Assembly: GCF_015595035.1 (NCBI RefSeq)
Contig: NZ_JADNRN010000002.1
Coordinates: 262,647-326,646 of the forward strand
Origin: Glaciecola sp. MH2013
GTDB lineage: Bacteria > Pseudomonadota > Gammaproteobacteria > Enterobacterales > Alteromonadaceae
Length of the DNA stretch: 64,000 nt
Direction of reading: 5' to 3'
How positions within the stretch are numbered: position 1 is the first letter of the stretch; every line of letters starts with the position of its first letter. Under the pieces are notes generated by a model, which was not told where the DNA came from, ran no database searches, and worked only from the letters and a program-made list of their open reading frames with translations. Made by a program: the position numbers and the translations under genes. This document shows positions 20,842-30,172 of this stretch, piece after piece.

Positions 20842-21753
20842 ATGACAGTAAATTATCTGAAACAAGCACAAGAACTTGCGCTACCGTCACGAGAAGAGAT
20901 GCTGCTGCGTTCGTCATCAGTTGAACAGTTTTGGTCAAGTAATAGTAAATTGTTGGAGTTAGCTTGGGCAGAGTGGGACGAGCAACAAAGCATGGATTTA
21001 GTCGCTTTAGGTAACGAACTGCTAGACGAGCGTTTGATGGTTGCAGTGCAGAATGCTTGGAGAAATCCTAATACAGAACAGAGAGTTAGAGCTTTATGGG
21101 AAGAGGTTACTCCAAATGTATATACATGCCAGTTTTTTAACCCTGAAAAGCTAACATTATTACGTAATTTTTTGGAGAGTGCTTGGGATGCAAAGATACC
21201 AATGCGCCCTCCCTATGGAATTGTGTTGAATAGAGGGGGCGCTATGCTTGACCCTAGATCCTCGGGTTACCTTGCCGCTCCCTCTTTTCAGACATTCTAT
21301 AGAACATTAATAGACTTATACATGAGACCTATTGCCAGAATGTTGTTCCCCGAAATTATGGGCTATGACTCGCAAAGCTTTGGCTTTTCAATTAAGTACC
21401 AGCCTACCACTGATACATCGATTAGGCCTCATACTGATGCGTCGTCGGTGACTTTAAACATTAACCTGAATTTACCTGATGAAAGTTTCACAGGGTCATC
21501 AGTGGACTTTTTTGATACTAGTACAAAAGAGACAAAGTCACTTATGTTTGCTCCAGGCAGCGCAATGATACATCGTGGTTCAGTACCTCATACAGCGTTG
21601 CCAATTACCAGTGGTGAGCGCACAAACTTTGTGCTTTGGCTATTTGGTGAGCGAGGCAGTGTAGCAAGGGGTTTGAAATCTGATGCAAGGGTTGATGCTT
21701 CGGCACGCTGGATACTGGAAAGGCCAAAGCAAGATAACTTTGCACCATTCTAA
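20842..21753 (+). CDS. putative 2OG-Fe(II) oxygenase-superfamily protein
   Basis: H-x-D ...H arrangement (IRPHTDAS ... MIHRGSVPHTALPITSGERTNFVLW). Confidence 0.5.
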   Translation: MTVNYLKQAQELALPSREEMLLRSSSVEQFWSSNSKLLELAWAEWDEQQSMDLVALGNELLDERLMVAVQNAWRNPNTEQRVRALWEEVTPNVYTCQFFNPEKLTLLRNFLESAWDAKIPMRPPYGIVLNRGGAMLDPRSSGYLAAPSFQTFYRTLIDLYMRPIARMLFPEIMGYDSQSFGFSIKYQPTTDTSIRPHTDASSVTLNINLNLPDESFTGSSVDFFDTSTKETKSLMFAPGSAMIHRGSVPHTALPITSGERTNFVLWLFGERGSVARGLKSDARVDASARWILERPKQDNFAPF

Positions 21754-21787
21754 TTAACGTACAAACAACGAGATAAGGAAAATTGAA

Positions 21788-22030
21788 ATGTTAGGTGAAA
21801 ATCATTCATTAATTAACGAGTTTCCATCACTTTCTACCAAAATAGAAGCGTTAAACAAAAGTGATGAATTATTCAAAGCTAAAGCGGCTCAATATGATGC
21901 ATTAGATGCAGAGATCCGTAGTTTAGAGTTACAAAACTCACCAGCCGATGACGCTACTATGCATGAACTTAAGCAGCAACGAGCCAAACTCAAGGACGAT
22001 TTATATCAATGCTTGCTAAGGGTTGACTAG
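21788..22030 (+). CDS. DUF465 (YdcH-like) family protein
   Basis: 80-aa helical protein with the YdcH-like pattern ...ELFKAKAAQYDALDAEIRSLE...LKQQRAKLKDDLYQCL. Confidence 0.7.
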   Translation: MLGENHSLINEFPSLSTKIEALNKSDELFKAKAAQYDALDAEIRSLELQNSPADDATMHELKQQRAKLKDDLYQCLLRVD

Positions 22031-22068
22031 TAAGTAATGTTGCGCCGAAAAATACTAGGAGAAAAACG

Positions 22069-23484
22069 ATGAGCATTGTTCAAACTCAAGTGCTAGTTTT
22101 AGGTTCTGGGCCCGGTGGATATTCTGCCGCATTTAGAGCTGCAGATTTAGGATTAGAAGTTTTGTTGGTTGAAAAGTATCAAGACCTTGGTGGTGTTTGT
22201 TTGAATGTTGGTTGTATTCCTTCTAAAGCATTATTGCACACCGCTAAACTCATTGATGATGCAGGGAAATCGAGTGAGCATGGCTTAACATTTGCAAAAC
22301 CGGAAATTGACCTTACCAAGATAAATACCTGGAAACAGTCCGTCGTATCCAAGTTGACTAGCGGTGTAGCAGGGATGGCAAAAGGCAGAAAAGTCGAAGT
22401 CATCAACGGCGATGGGCAATTTGTATCGCCAACTTCATTGAAAGTGAGCAATGATGATAGTGTCACGCTTATCAATTTCGAATATGCCATTATTGCTGCA
22501 GGGTCATCGGTAGTCGAATTGCCATTCATGCCTTATGAAGATAACAGAGTCATGAATTCGACATCTGCATTGGAGTTAAATGATATTCCAGAAAGCTTGC
22601 TTGTACTTGGTGGTGGAATAATAGGCTTGGAAATGGCCACTGTATATAGTTCTCTTGGGTCGGAGGTGACCGTTGTTGAATTTGCCGATCAGTTAATACC
22701 GGCCGCTGACGCCGATTTGGTGACGATTTACAGCAAATACAATAGGCAAAAGTTTAAGCTGATGTTGTCTACCAAAGTAACTGGCGTTACGAGTAAAAAA
22801 AGTGGTTTAGAAGTTGTCTTTGAAGGAATGAGCGCGCCAACAAAGCCAATTACCTATAACAAAATATTAGTTGCAGTCGGTCGGAAGCCAAATGGTGCGT
22901 TGTTAAACGCAGAATCGGCAGGCTTTAAAGTTGATGACAAAGGCTTTATTGAAGTTGACCACCAAATGCGTACAAACCTTGAACATATTTTTGCCGTCGG
23001 TGATATTGTCGGCCAGCCTATGTTAGCGCATAAATCGGTCCATCAGGGGCATGTTGCTGCAGAAGTAATTGCGGGCAAAAATCACACATTCGATCCACGT
23101 TGTATCCCATCTGTTGCTTATACCGACCCTGAACTTGCCTGGGTTGGCGTGACTGAAAAGGAAGCCAAAGCGTCTGATATAAATTATCAAGTTGCTAACT
23201 TCCCTTGGATAGCTTCGGGTCGTGCTATCGCCTCAAGCAGGTCTGAGGGAAAAACTAAATTAATCACCGACAGCACAACTGGGCGGGTAATTGGCGGCGG
23301 CATTGTCGGACTAAACGCTGGTGAGTTATTGGGAGAAATATCTCTTGCTATAGAAATGGGCGCGACTGCAGAAGACATTGCCCTAACTATACATGCGCAC
23401 CCAACCCTGAATGAATCAGTGGGCATGAGTGCAGAGATTATAGAGGGTACGATCACTGACTTACCTCCTCAAATGAACCGTTAA
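22069..23484 (+). CDS. lpdA: dihydrolipoyl dehydrogenase (E3); stand-alone, no E1/E2 genes adjacent
   Basis: 471 aa; FAD site GSGPGGYSAA; redox-active GGVCLNVGCIPSKALL; NAD site and C-terminal dimerisation His. Confidence 0.9.
   Translation: MSIVQTQVLVLGSGPGGYSAAFRAADLGLEVLLVEKYQDLGGVCLNVGCIPSKALLHTAKLIDDAGKSSEHGLTFAKPEIDLTKINTWKQSVVSKLTSGVAGMAKGRKVEVINGDGQFVSPTSLKVSNDDSVTLINFEYAIIAAGSSVVELPFMPYEDNRVMNSTSALELNDIPESLLVLGGGIIGLEMATVYSSLGSEVTVVEFADQLIPAADADLVTIYSKYNRQKFKLMLSTKVTGVTSKKSGLEVVFEGMSAPTKPITYNKILVAVGRKPNGALLNAESAGFKVDDKGFIEVDHQMRTNLEHIFAVGDIVGQPMLAHKSVHQGHVAAEVIAGKNHTFDPRCIPSVAYTDPELAWVGVTEKEAKASDINYQVANFPWIASGRAIASSRSEGKTKLITDSTTGRVIGGGIVGLNAGELLGEISLAIEMGATAEDIALTIHAHPTLNESVGMSAEIIEGTITDLPPQMNR
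23425..23484 (+). repeat. copy 1 of a 60-bp imperfect direct repeat (native lpdA 3' end)
   Basis: ATGAGTGCAGAGATTATAGAGGGTACGATCACTGACTTACCTCCTCAAATGAACCGTTAA, about 52/60 identical to 24420-24479. Confidence 0.8.
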
Positions 23485-23518
23485 ACTTATTGAATTAAAT
23501 TTGAAAAAGGAACCTACT

Positions 23519-24331
23519 ATGAGGAATTTAGTTTATACGTACACTTTGATCACGATATTATTCTCAGCCTCGACCTTGGCGGATAACAAAACGGTAAAAG
23601 TCATTGAGTCGAATGAAGTAGAGTGGGGTCACTTAAATCCGCTAAGAGGAGAGTTAAGTCCCGGCGCCGCAAACCTGTGGGGAAATAGAGCTGAGGATTC
23701 TGCAACAGGAATGCTAGTTCGGTTCAATAATGGGTTTCAATCTCCTCCTCACATTCACAATATTTCATACCGCGGCATTGTGATTGAAGGTCAATTGCAT
23801 AACGATGATCCAAAAGCTGAAAAAATGTGGTTGCCCACAGGGTCTTTTTGGACGCAGCCTGCGGGGCAAAACCATATTACAGCGGCAAATAGTGAGACTA
23901 ACCTGATCTACCTAGAAATTGACTCTGGTCCTTATTTAGTTAAGCCATCAAGCGAGAAATTTGATAACGGGGAACATCCCATAAACCTCCACATTGACAA
24001 TCTCGTTTGGATGGAACACAAACAATTAGGTTTCATTGATGCTGAAGGTGTAAGGACTGCTTTTGTTTGGGGGGAACCTTCTAAATTGTCTGGATCAATG
24101 CTCAAAATTCCTAGCGGCTTTAAAGGAGCTATAAAAACAGAAGCAAGCGAATTTAGATCAGTGATTATTACTGGAGTAGTCAATTACAGCGACGGCGAGC
24201 AAAACAAAACGACACTAAATGCAGGTAGCTATATCGAGTCTTCTGGACTAAACACTCACGTTATCGAAAATAAAAGTAATAAAGAAGCTATTATCTATTT
24301 ACGAACTGACGGCCCCTATCGAGTATATTAG
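23519..24331 (+). CDS. secreted hypothetical protein (possibly cupin-like beta-sandwich)
   Basis: ATG 23519 behind SD AAGGA; signal peptide MRNLVYTYTLITILFSASTLA; bracketed by the lpdA-tail repeat. Confidence 0.6.
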   Translation: MRNLVYTYTLITILFSASTLADNKTVKVIESNEVEWGHLNPLRGELSPGAANLWGNRAEDSATGMLVRFNNGFQSPPHIHNISYRGIVIEGQLHNDDPKAEKMWLPTGSFWTQPAGQNHITAANSETNLIYLEIDSGPYLVKPSSEKFDNGEHPINLHIDNLVWMEHKQLGFIDAEGVRTAFVWGEPSKLSGSMLKIPSGFKGAIKTEASEFRSVIITGVVNYSDGEQNKTTLNAGSYIESSGLNTHVIENKSNKEAIIYLRTDGPYRVY

Positions 24332-24419
24332 CTGGAAGTAACTTCCCGTCCCAATGTATATAAAAACTAAAGCTAACTTTGGCACTAACCGTAAGTTAAA
24401 AGATAATCATTGAGCGGAA

Positions 24420-24479
24420 ATGAGTGCAGAGATGATAGAGGGCACAATCATTGATTTACCTCCTCAAATGAAACAGTAA
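24420..24479 (+). repeat. copy 2 of the lpdA 3'-end repeat (degenerate orphan tail, MSAEMIEGTIIDLPPQMKQ*)
   Basis: ATGAGTGCAGAGATGATAGAGGGCACAATCATTGATTTACCTCCTCAAATGAAACAGTAA; reading frame and stop preserved. Confidence 0.8.
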
Positions 24480-24598
24480 GCTCAAGCTCTATTATCAAAT
24501 AAATCTAAAAAGTAATTCAATTATTTGGTTGGTTATCAAACGTAAAGATAAGAGATAACATACATCCAATCAAAAAAGCAGGTTTACGGGAGCATTTC

Positions 24599-25585
24599 AT
24601 GAAAGCGATGATAGTAAAGAATTTTGGCTCAGCAGATGTATTTGAAGTTGCTGAGCTTGCAAAGCCGAGCGTTAAAGAAGGCCATATATTGGTCAAAATT
24701 ATGGCCTCTAGTGTAAACACCGTCGATACAATGATTCGGCAAATGGGCCCTGACTTACCTCTTTCGCCAGCAGCACCTGCAATTTTGGGAATGGATTTCG
24801 CTGGTATCGTTGAAGAAGTCGGTGACAATGTTGATGTATTCCAAGTTGGTGACGAAGTCTATGGTTGTGCTGGAGGTTTAACTGATTTGCCCGGTACACT
24901 AGCGGAGTATATTGTTGCTGATGCAAATCTAGTTGCAAAGAAGCCTAAGAATTTGACCATGAGAGCAAGCGCTGCATTACCATTAGTGGCGATCACTGCT
25001 TATGAAGGTCTCAAAAGAGCTGCGGTTAGCAAAGGTCAGAAAGTACTTGTGCATGGCGGTTCTGGAGGTGTTGGGCACATTGCTGTGCAGTTGGCAAAGC
25101 ATTTTGGTGCGGATGTTTATTCAACCGGGGGAGGTGAAAAACAACTTTCGCTTATTGAAAAACTGGGCGCAACTCCTATCAATTATGTTAATGAATCAGT
25201 CGCGGATTATGTCACTAAATACACCAATAATATTGGCTTTGATGTCGTTTTTGATTCAGTAGGCGGTCAAAATATGTTGAATTCATTTGATGCTGCAAAA
25301 TTAAATGGTCAAGTGGCTTCAACGGTATCCCTCGTAGAAATTGATTTGTCTACAGCGCACTTTAAAGGTTTGTCTTTACATGTTGTCTTTATGCTTATTC
25401 CAATGCTTCACAATGTAAATCGGGAGATTCATGGAGCAATTCTAGAAGAAATTGCGAAGATAGTTGAAGCGGGTGAACTTATGCCAGTACTAGATGAAAG
25501 CGATTTTACACTTGAAGACGTGGCTAAGGCACATCAAAGACTAGAGAGTGGAAAAGCTATGGGTAAAGTGGTTATTAGTCATTAG
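24599..25585 (+). CDS. zinc-type alcohol dehydrogenase/quinone oxidoreductase (MDR superfamily)
   Basis: 328 aa; GroES-like N-terminal domain; Rossmann VLVHGGSGGVGHIAVQLAK. Confidence 0.85.
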   Translation: MKAMIVKNFGSADVFEVAELAKPSVKEGHILVKIMASSVNTVDTMIRQMGPDLPLSPAAPAILGMDFAGIVEEVGDNVDVFQVGDEVYGCAGGLTDLPGTLAEYIVADANLVAKKPKNLTMRASAALPLVAITAYEGLKRAAVSKGQKVLVHGGSGGVGHIAVQLAKHFGADVYSTGGGEKQLSLIEKLGATPINYVNESVADYVTKYTNNIGFDVVFDSVGGQNMLNSFDAAKLNGQVASTVSLVEIDLSTAHFKGLSLHVVFMLIPMLHNVNREIHGAILEEIAKIVEAGELMPVLDESDFTLEDVAKAHQRLESGKAMGKVVISH

Positions 25586-25622
25586 TATTCTATTTGAAAA
25601 CATCAACACCGAAGGACAACAC

Positions 25623-26438
25623 ATGAAAACGATCTTAATTACGGGCGCAACAGATGGAATCGGATTTGAAACCGCCAAGCTATTTGCTGCCCATGATCAT
25701 CAGTTGATATTGCATGGTCGTAGCCAAGAGAAGATGAACGCAACGCTACAAAAAATACATAATGCATTCCCAGATGTAAAAATTGAGGGCGTTTTGGCTG
25801 ATTTGTCTAAGTTTGGTGATGTTGCTTCATTGCTAAACATCGTTAATGCAAAATACAGTAGCATTGACGTAATTGTTAATAATGCTGGGGTTTTGAAGTT
25901 ACCGAACCCAATTACTGAGAATGGCTTAGATGCCCGTTTTGTTGTCAACACGATAGCGCCAATTATTATTACAAGAGGCTTGTTACCGATTTTGTCAGAA
26001 CAAGGCCGAATTGTTAACTTATCCTCTGCGGCACAATCACCTGTGCAAAATGATGCAATTACTGGAAAGCTACCACTGGGCGACGATATGCAAGCTTACG
26101 CACAGAGCAAACTAGCATTGACGATGTGGGTTAGAGCTACAACAAACGCTTTCGGTTCATCACAGGTGAATGTAGCCGTGAACCCAGGTTCATTGTTGGC
26201 TTCTAAAATGGTCAAAGAAGGTTTTGGCGTTGCTGGCAATGATCTGAGTATTGGCGCACAAGTGCTATTTGATGCTGCACTATCGAATAAATTTAGAGAT
26301 GCCTCAGGAAAGTACTTTGACAATGACATTGGAGCTTTTTCAGAACCTCATCCGTTTGCATTAATACAAAGGAACTGTGATGAACTAATGGTTGCCATAG
26401 AGAAGGTTATAAACGAATATTTCACAACTCCTGCTTAA
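25623..26438 (+). CDS. short-chain dehydrogenase/reductase (SDR)
   Basis: ATG 25623 behind SD AAGGA; TGATDGIGFETAK cofactor motif; catalytic YAQSK. Confidence 0.85.
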   Translation: MKTILITGATDGIGFETAKLFAAHDHQLILHGRSQEKMNATLQKIHNAFPDVKIEGVLADLSKFGDVASLLNIVNAKYSSIDVIVNNAGVLKLPNPITENGLDARFVVNTIAPIIITRGLLPILSEQGRIVNLSSAAQSPVQNDAITGKLPLGDDMQAYAQSKLALTMWVRATTNAFGSSQVNVAVNPGSLLASKMVKEGFGVAGNDLSIGAQVLFDAALSNKFRDASGKYFDNDIGAFSEPHPFALIQRNCDELMVAIEKVINEYFTTPA

Positions 26439-26887
26439 AACAAATTGTGAAACAATGATACAAATTCGATAATGAGAAATGCAATAGTTTCGAGTCAATT
26501 GTTTATATAATTCGAACCAAGAATAAGGACACTGTTCGAGGCTATTGCAATCACAAAAGAGTAATCGAGTTCTTATTTATCTGTGATTAATAAATATGAT
26601 TTGAATCGCAAGGCAATTATACAGAATGTGTTACAGGCTCCATTAGTTCTAATTTATGAAACTAACACCATACTTCTTTTAACACTACTCAAATAACTAG
26701 TAAACCATATCGTTCTACTCATTTTTTTGTTAGTAAAGAGTGTATGCTAGAATTTTTGCAATTACTTTATTGTTACAAATCTAAGTTTTACACCAACTTT
26801 ATTGTCACTTCCCAAAGCGTAAAGCTATGCGCCCATGATGGTCGTGGCGACTCAGTTGTCGCTGAAAACTAACAAATGAGCTGAAAA

Positions 26888-28222
26888 ATGAATATTGAAT
26901 CTTTACAAACTGACTTTGATGAACTCATACAAACCGCGATGGTGTCTCTTAGTAGCGGATTAACCTACTTACAACTCGCTGTGATCTTCGTTATTTATGC
27001 ATCCGCTTATGGGCTTTCATTTAAACTAAGACATAGTATTGGCGTTACGCACAATGCGCCGGTTGAAGCAGCTCATGCAACAACGAAGTTGCTGTATCGC
27101 TTGGGAGATATGATTTTCCCGGTGTTAGCAATATCGCTGCTAAAAATATCGACTCTGGTCGGCGAAAGTCTGCAATTCTCCCCTTGGCTTATTCAAACGG
27201 CGTTCACCATTGCAATTTTGATATTCGTCAATTCGCTCATAACGGCATTTGTAACTAAGAAAAACCTTGCGCGAGCTTTCCGATGGGTTTTGTTACCCAT
27301 ATTATTTTTACACTTAATTGATGTGCTACCATTTATTGTCGCCGTACTTGAGAGTATGTCGATAGAGCTTGGTAATTTAAGTATTTCGGCATACGGAGTG
27401 GCTAGGGTTGTTATTTTTGGCGGCTTTTTATTCTGGTTGGGGCGAGAGTCCAATGCCTTCGGTAAAGCCGTGATAAAGAACCAAAAGAGCTTGGATGTAC
27501 CAACAAAAGAGGTATTTACCAAGTTATTTGAAGTAGGTTTGTTTTGCATCGTTGTGCTGCTGCTAATGAACATTATGGGCATCAACCTGACTACCTTTGC
27601 CGTATTTGGTGGCGCCTTAGGCGTAGGTATCGGTCTAGGCCTTCAAACCATCGCTTCAAACTTCATCTCGGGTATTATTATTTTACTCGATAAGTCACTC
27701 ACAGTCGGCGATTTTGTTGAGCTTGACGACGGCCAAAAGGGCTTCGTTCGAGAATTTAGAATGCGTTATGCCGTGCTTGAAACTTATGACGGCAAAGACA
27801 TCCTGGTTCCGAATGAAAAATTCATCTCATCTTTGCTGACTAACTGGACTCATAAAGATCCCAAGCAACGTTATCGTGTGGATTTTTCAGTTCCCTACGC
27901 GACCGATATTCGCCAAATGGTTGAGTTCATCAAAGTGGCTGTCGCAGAGCATCCACAAGTGATCAGCGGTGAAGATGTACCCTTTGAAGAACGCCCCGAC
28001 TGCGAGATTGACAGTTTTGGTGATTCTGGGGTGAATATGTTTGTGGAATTTTGGATGTTAGGTATTGATGATGGTAAAAATCGCGTGGGCGGCGACTTAA
28101 TGCTCATCATTTTTGAAACACTGAGAGCCAACGGCATAGAGATCCCATTCCCGCAAAGAGAAGTTAGAATTTTAAACGAAGATACAAATGCGACTTCGAT
28201 GAGTAGAGAAGCGGATAAGTGA
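26888..28222 (+). CDS. mechanosensitive ion channel, MscS family
   Basis: N-terminal TM helices; MscS beta-domain VGDFVELDDGQKGFVREFRMRYAVLETYDGKDILVPN. Confidence 0.85.
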   Translation: MNIESLQTDFDELIQTAMVSLSSGLTYLQLAVIFVIYASAYGLSFKLRHSIGVTHNAPVEAAHATTKLLYRLGDMIFPVLAISLLKISTLVGESLQFSPWLIQTAFTIAILIFVNSLITAFVTKKNLARAFRWVLLPILFLHLIDVLPFIVAVLESMSIELGNLSISAYGVARVVIFGGFLFWLGRESNAFGKAVIKNQKSLDVPTKEVFTKLFEVGLFCIVVLLLMNIMGINLTTFAVFGGALGVGIGLGLQTIASNFISGIIILLDKSLTVGDFVELDDGQKGFVREFRMRYAVLETYDGKDILVPNEKFISSLLTNWTHKDPKQRYRVDFSVPYATDIRQMVEFIKVAVAEHPQVISGEDVPFEERPDCEIDSFGDSGVNMFVEFWMLGIDDGKNRVGGDLMLIIFETLRANGIEIPFPQREVRILNEDTNATSMSREADK

Positions 28223-28376
28223 CTTCTCTTAATTACACAATTTCCCTAGGCAGCTATTTATTGCTCTCAATATGGTGCTTATTCTTGAAAAGGTGGGATT
28301 ATTCACCCTTATTCAACTAGAATTCTTAGCATGACTTAACAAGAATAGCGTCGTGTATTTAGCTTTGGAGAGCAGT

Positions 28377-29090
28377 ATGAAATTTGGTGATTACCTTCGC
28401 ACTTGTCGAGAAGAAAAAAATTGGACTCAACCAGAGGCCGCCGCAAAAATTGAAATAGAGCAGTCTTACTTGTCGAAACTGGAAACGGGGAAGTCGTTTC
28501 CATCAGAAGATATTTTTGAGCGGCTTGTCGATATTTATAAAATAGATTTAGATAGCTTCTACGCCAAGATTCATAATGATGAGTTGGAAAAACTCAAGAG
28601 TTTGAAGCAGGTGAGAAGTGCCATATTAAGGCAAAATAACCAACAGAAAAAAGATGAGCGTATTTGGTTGATTTGTGGCTTGGTTATGTTAATTGTTGGC
28701 GGTGCCTCCCTTGGTCATGCACTTATTCCTCCACAAGCTACAACAGAAAATCTTTATCGTTCGCAGGGTGAATTAAATCCCGACGAAGCGCTTGATACTT
28801 TTAGTGTTCTGAAAATGCGCCCTCCTGCAGAAGTGCAAGGCATAGACAATTCAGAACAAAGAGCACGACAAAAAGAGCTACTAAAGCGTATCCATCAATT
28901 AGAAGAAAGAACTTATGATGACCGAGGGGACGCTTACGTGAAAAAAACACTGGCTGGGCGCCGCTATTACGAGAGAGTAAGTAGTCGTACGGTAATGCGC
29001 TATTCTGGCCACAAGTGGTTCTTGATCCCTGCATGTGCGTTTTTGCTGGGCGCGCTTGGCAGTTTTTACATCAGTCGCCGATGGAAGTAG
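28377..29090 (+). CDS. membrane-anchored XRE-family HTH transcriptional regulator
   Basis: ATG 28377 behind SD GGAGAG; HTH GDYLRTCREEKNWTQPEAAAKIEIEQSYLSKLETG; two predicted TM helices (WLICGLVMLIVGGASLG and WFLIPACAFLLGALGSFYI); convergent with rtcA. Confidence 0.65.
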   Translation: MKFGDYLRTCREEKNWTQPEAAAKIEIEQSYLSKLETGKSFPSEDIFERLVDIYKIDLDSFYAKIHNDELEKLKSLKQVRSAILRQNNQQKKDERIWLICGLVMLIVGGASLGHALIPPQATTENLYRSQGELNPDEALDTFSVLKMRPPAEVQGIDNSEQRARQKELLKRIHQLEERTYDDRGDAYVKKTLAGRRYYERVSSRTVMRYSGHKWFLIPACAFLLGALGSFYISRRWK

Positions 29091-29122
29091 CATAAAACTA
29101 GTTTAGGGTTGTTTTTGTTCCT

Positions 29123-30154
29123 CTATAAGTTAACTTTCCACAGCATATCGTTAACTTGGGTAATTTCTATATTACAGCCCAATATTTGCTTAATAACGGC
29201 AATATTCGTTGTTGTGTGTAAGCTTGGTTTTGTTGTTGTAAAACTGCCGCTCCCAGCGATAGCAATTAAGATAAGCAACTGGTCGGCGAGATACTCTTCT
29301 ACGGCGGCTTTGGCATGTATGAACTTATTTACTCGTCCCACAGCACGTTTGGCAACTTTCTCTGATGATAAGCCATGCTCGCCAACAACCTCAAATATAC
29401 TACGATGAGTTTGGCTTTGAATGCTAAGCTGGAAGCTGTTACCAGGGCCAGGAGAATCTATCTGGTGAACTTGATTTAAGGCGTTCTGCCAACCAAGAAG
29501 CTTCTGAGCCGTGGCAATTTCTCTTTGGCCTATGCTGACTGGCAATAAACTCACCAAGGCATCAAGAGAACAGTTGTCTATATCGTTAGCGAAGTCGCCA
29601 CCCGAATCACTTAAGAAAAAAGGCTTGAGTGTTACAGATGGCTTCACATTAAGTTGCCATTTACCGCCGCCAGCAGGATAGAATCCCAGTTTTGAAGTAC
29701 TGACGCGACAATTTACCCCCATACCTTTTATTAAGGGCAAATATGATTGCTCGAAAAAGCTTAATGAAGGAGACATACCATTGTGTGTGCCGCCCTCAAA
29801 TACGACTGTTGAACTTTCTTTTGCCAAGGATAACACTGGTAAAATGGTCTGGCAGACCAATGTGGTACTTCCGGCGCTGCCAATAGCAAATCGATAATTC
29901 CCTGGTTTAACAGTGCGTGGTGAGAACCGAATTCGAGTAGCTCCCAGTTCCACACCTTCTGTTATAGCATCAGAAACCTCTTGTGCTGCCAAAACAGAAG
30001 TAAGGTGCTGACGTAATAGTCCAGGCTTTTTCCGACCAGCACGAATATTTACTAATTCAATATTCTGCTGGGTAAACATCGATAAAGTCAGGGCTGTTCT
30101 TAGCACCTGACCACCACCTTCTCCTTGAGCACCATCAATTATCATATAGTCCAT
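29123..30154 (-). CDS. rtcA: RNA 3'-terminal phosphate cyclase
   Basis: MDYMIIDGAQGEGGGQVLRTALTLSMFTQQNIELVNIRAGRKKPGLLRQHLTSV matches the RtcA N-terminus; 343 aa. Confidence 0.9.
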   Translation of the reverse strand: MDYMIIDGAQGEGGGQVLRTALTLSMFTQQNIELVNIRAGRKKPGLLRQHLTSVLAAQEVSDAITEGVELGATRIRFSPRTVKPGNYRFAIGSAGSTTLVCQTILPVLSLAKESSTVVFEGGTHNGMSPSLSFFEQSYLPLIKGMGVNCRVSTSKLGFYPAGGGKWQLNVKPSVTLKPFFLSDSGGDFANDIDNCSLDALVSLLPVSIGQREIATAQKLLGWQNALNQVHQIDSPGPGNSFQLSIQSQTHRSIFEVVGEHGLSSEKVAKRAVGRVNKFIHAKAAVEEYLADQLLILIAIAGSGSFTTTKPSLHTTTNIAVIKQILGCNIEITQVNDMLWKVNL

Positions 30155-30172
30155 TTTAACTCCTTATAACTA

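Noticed and set aside
29109-29408. Plus-strand 99-aa ORF inside rtcA (and similar antisense ORFs inside rtcB, lpdA, the Na+/H+ antiporter gene, bphP and dsbD)
   Set aside because: All are fully antisense to CDSs with strong homology. They are low-complexity translations with no start context.
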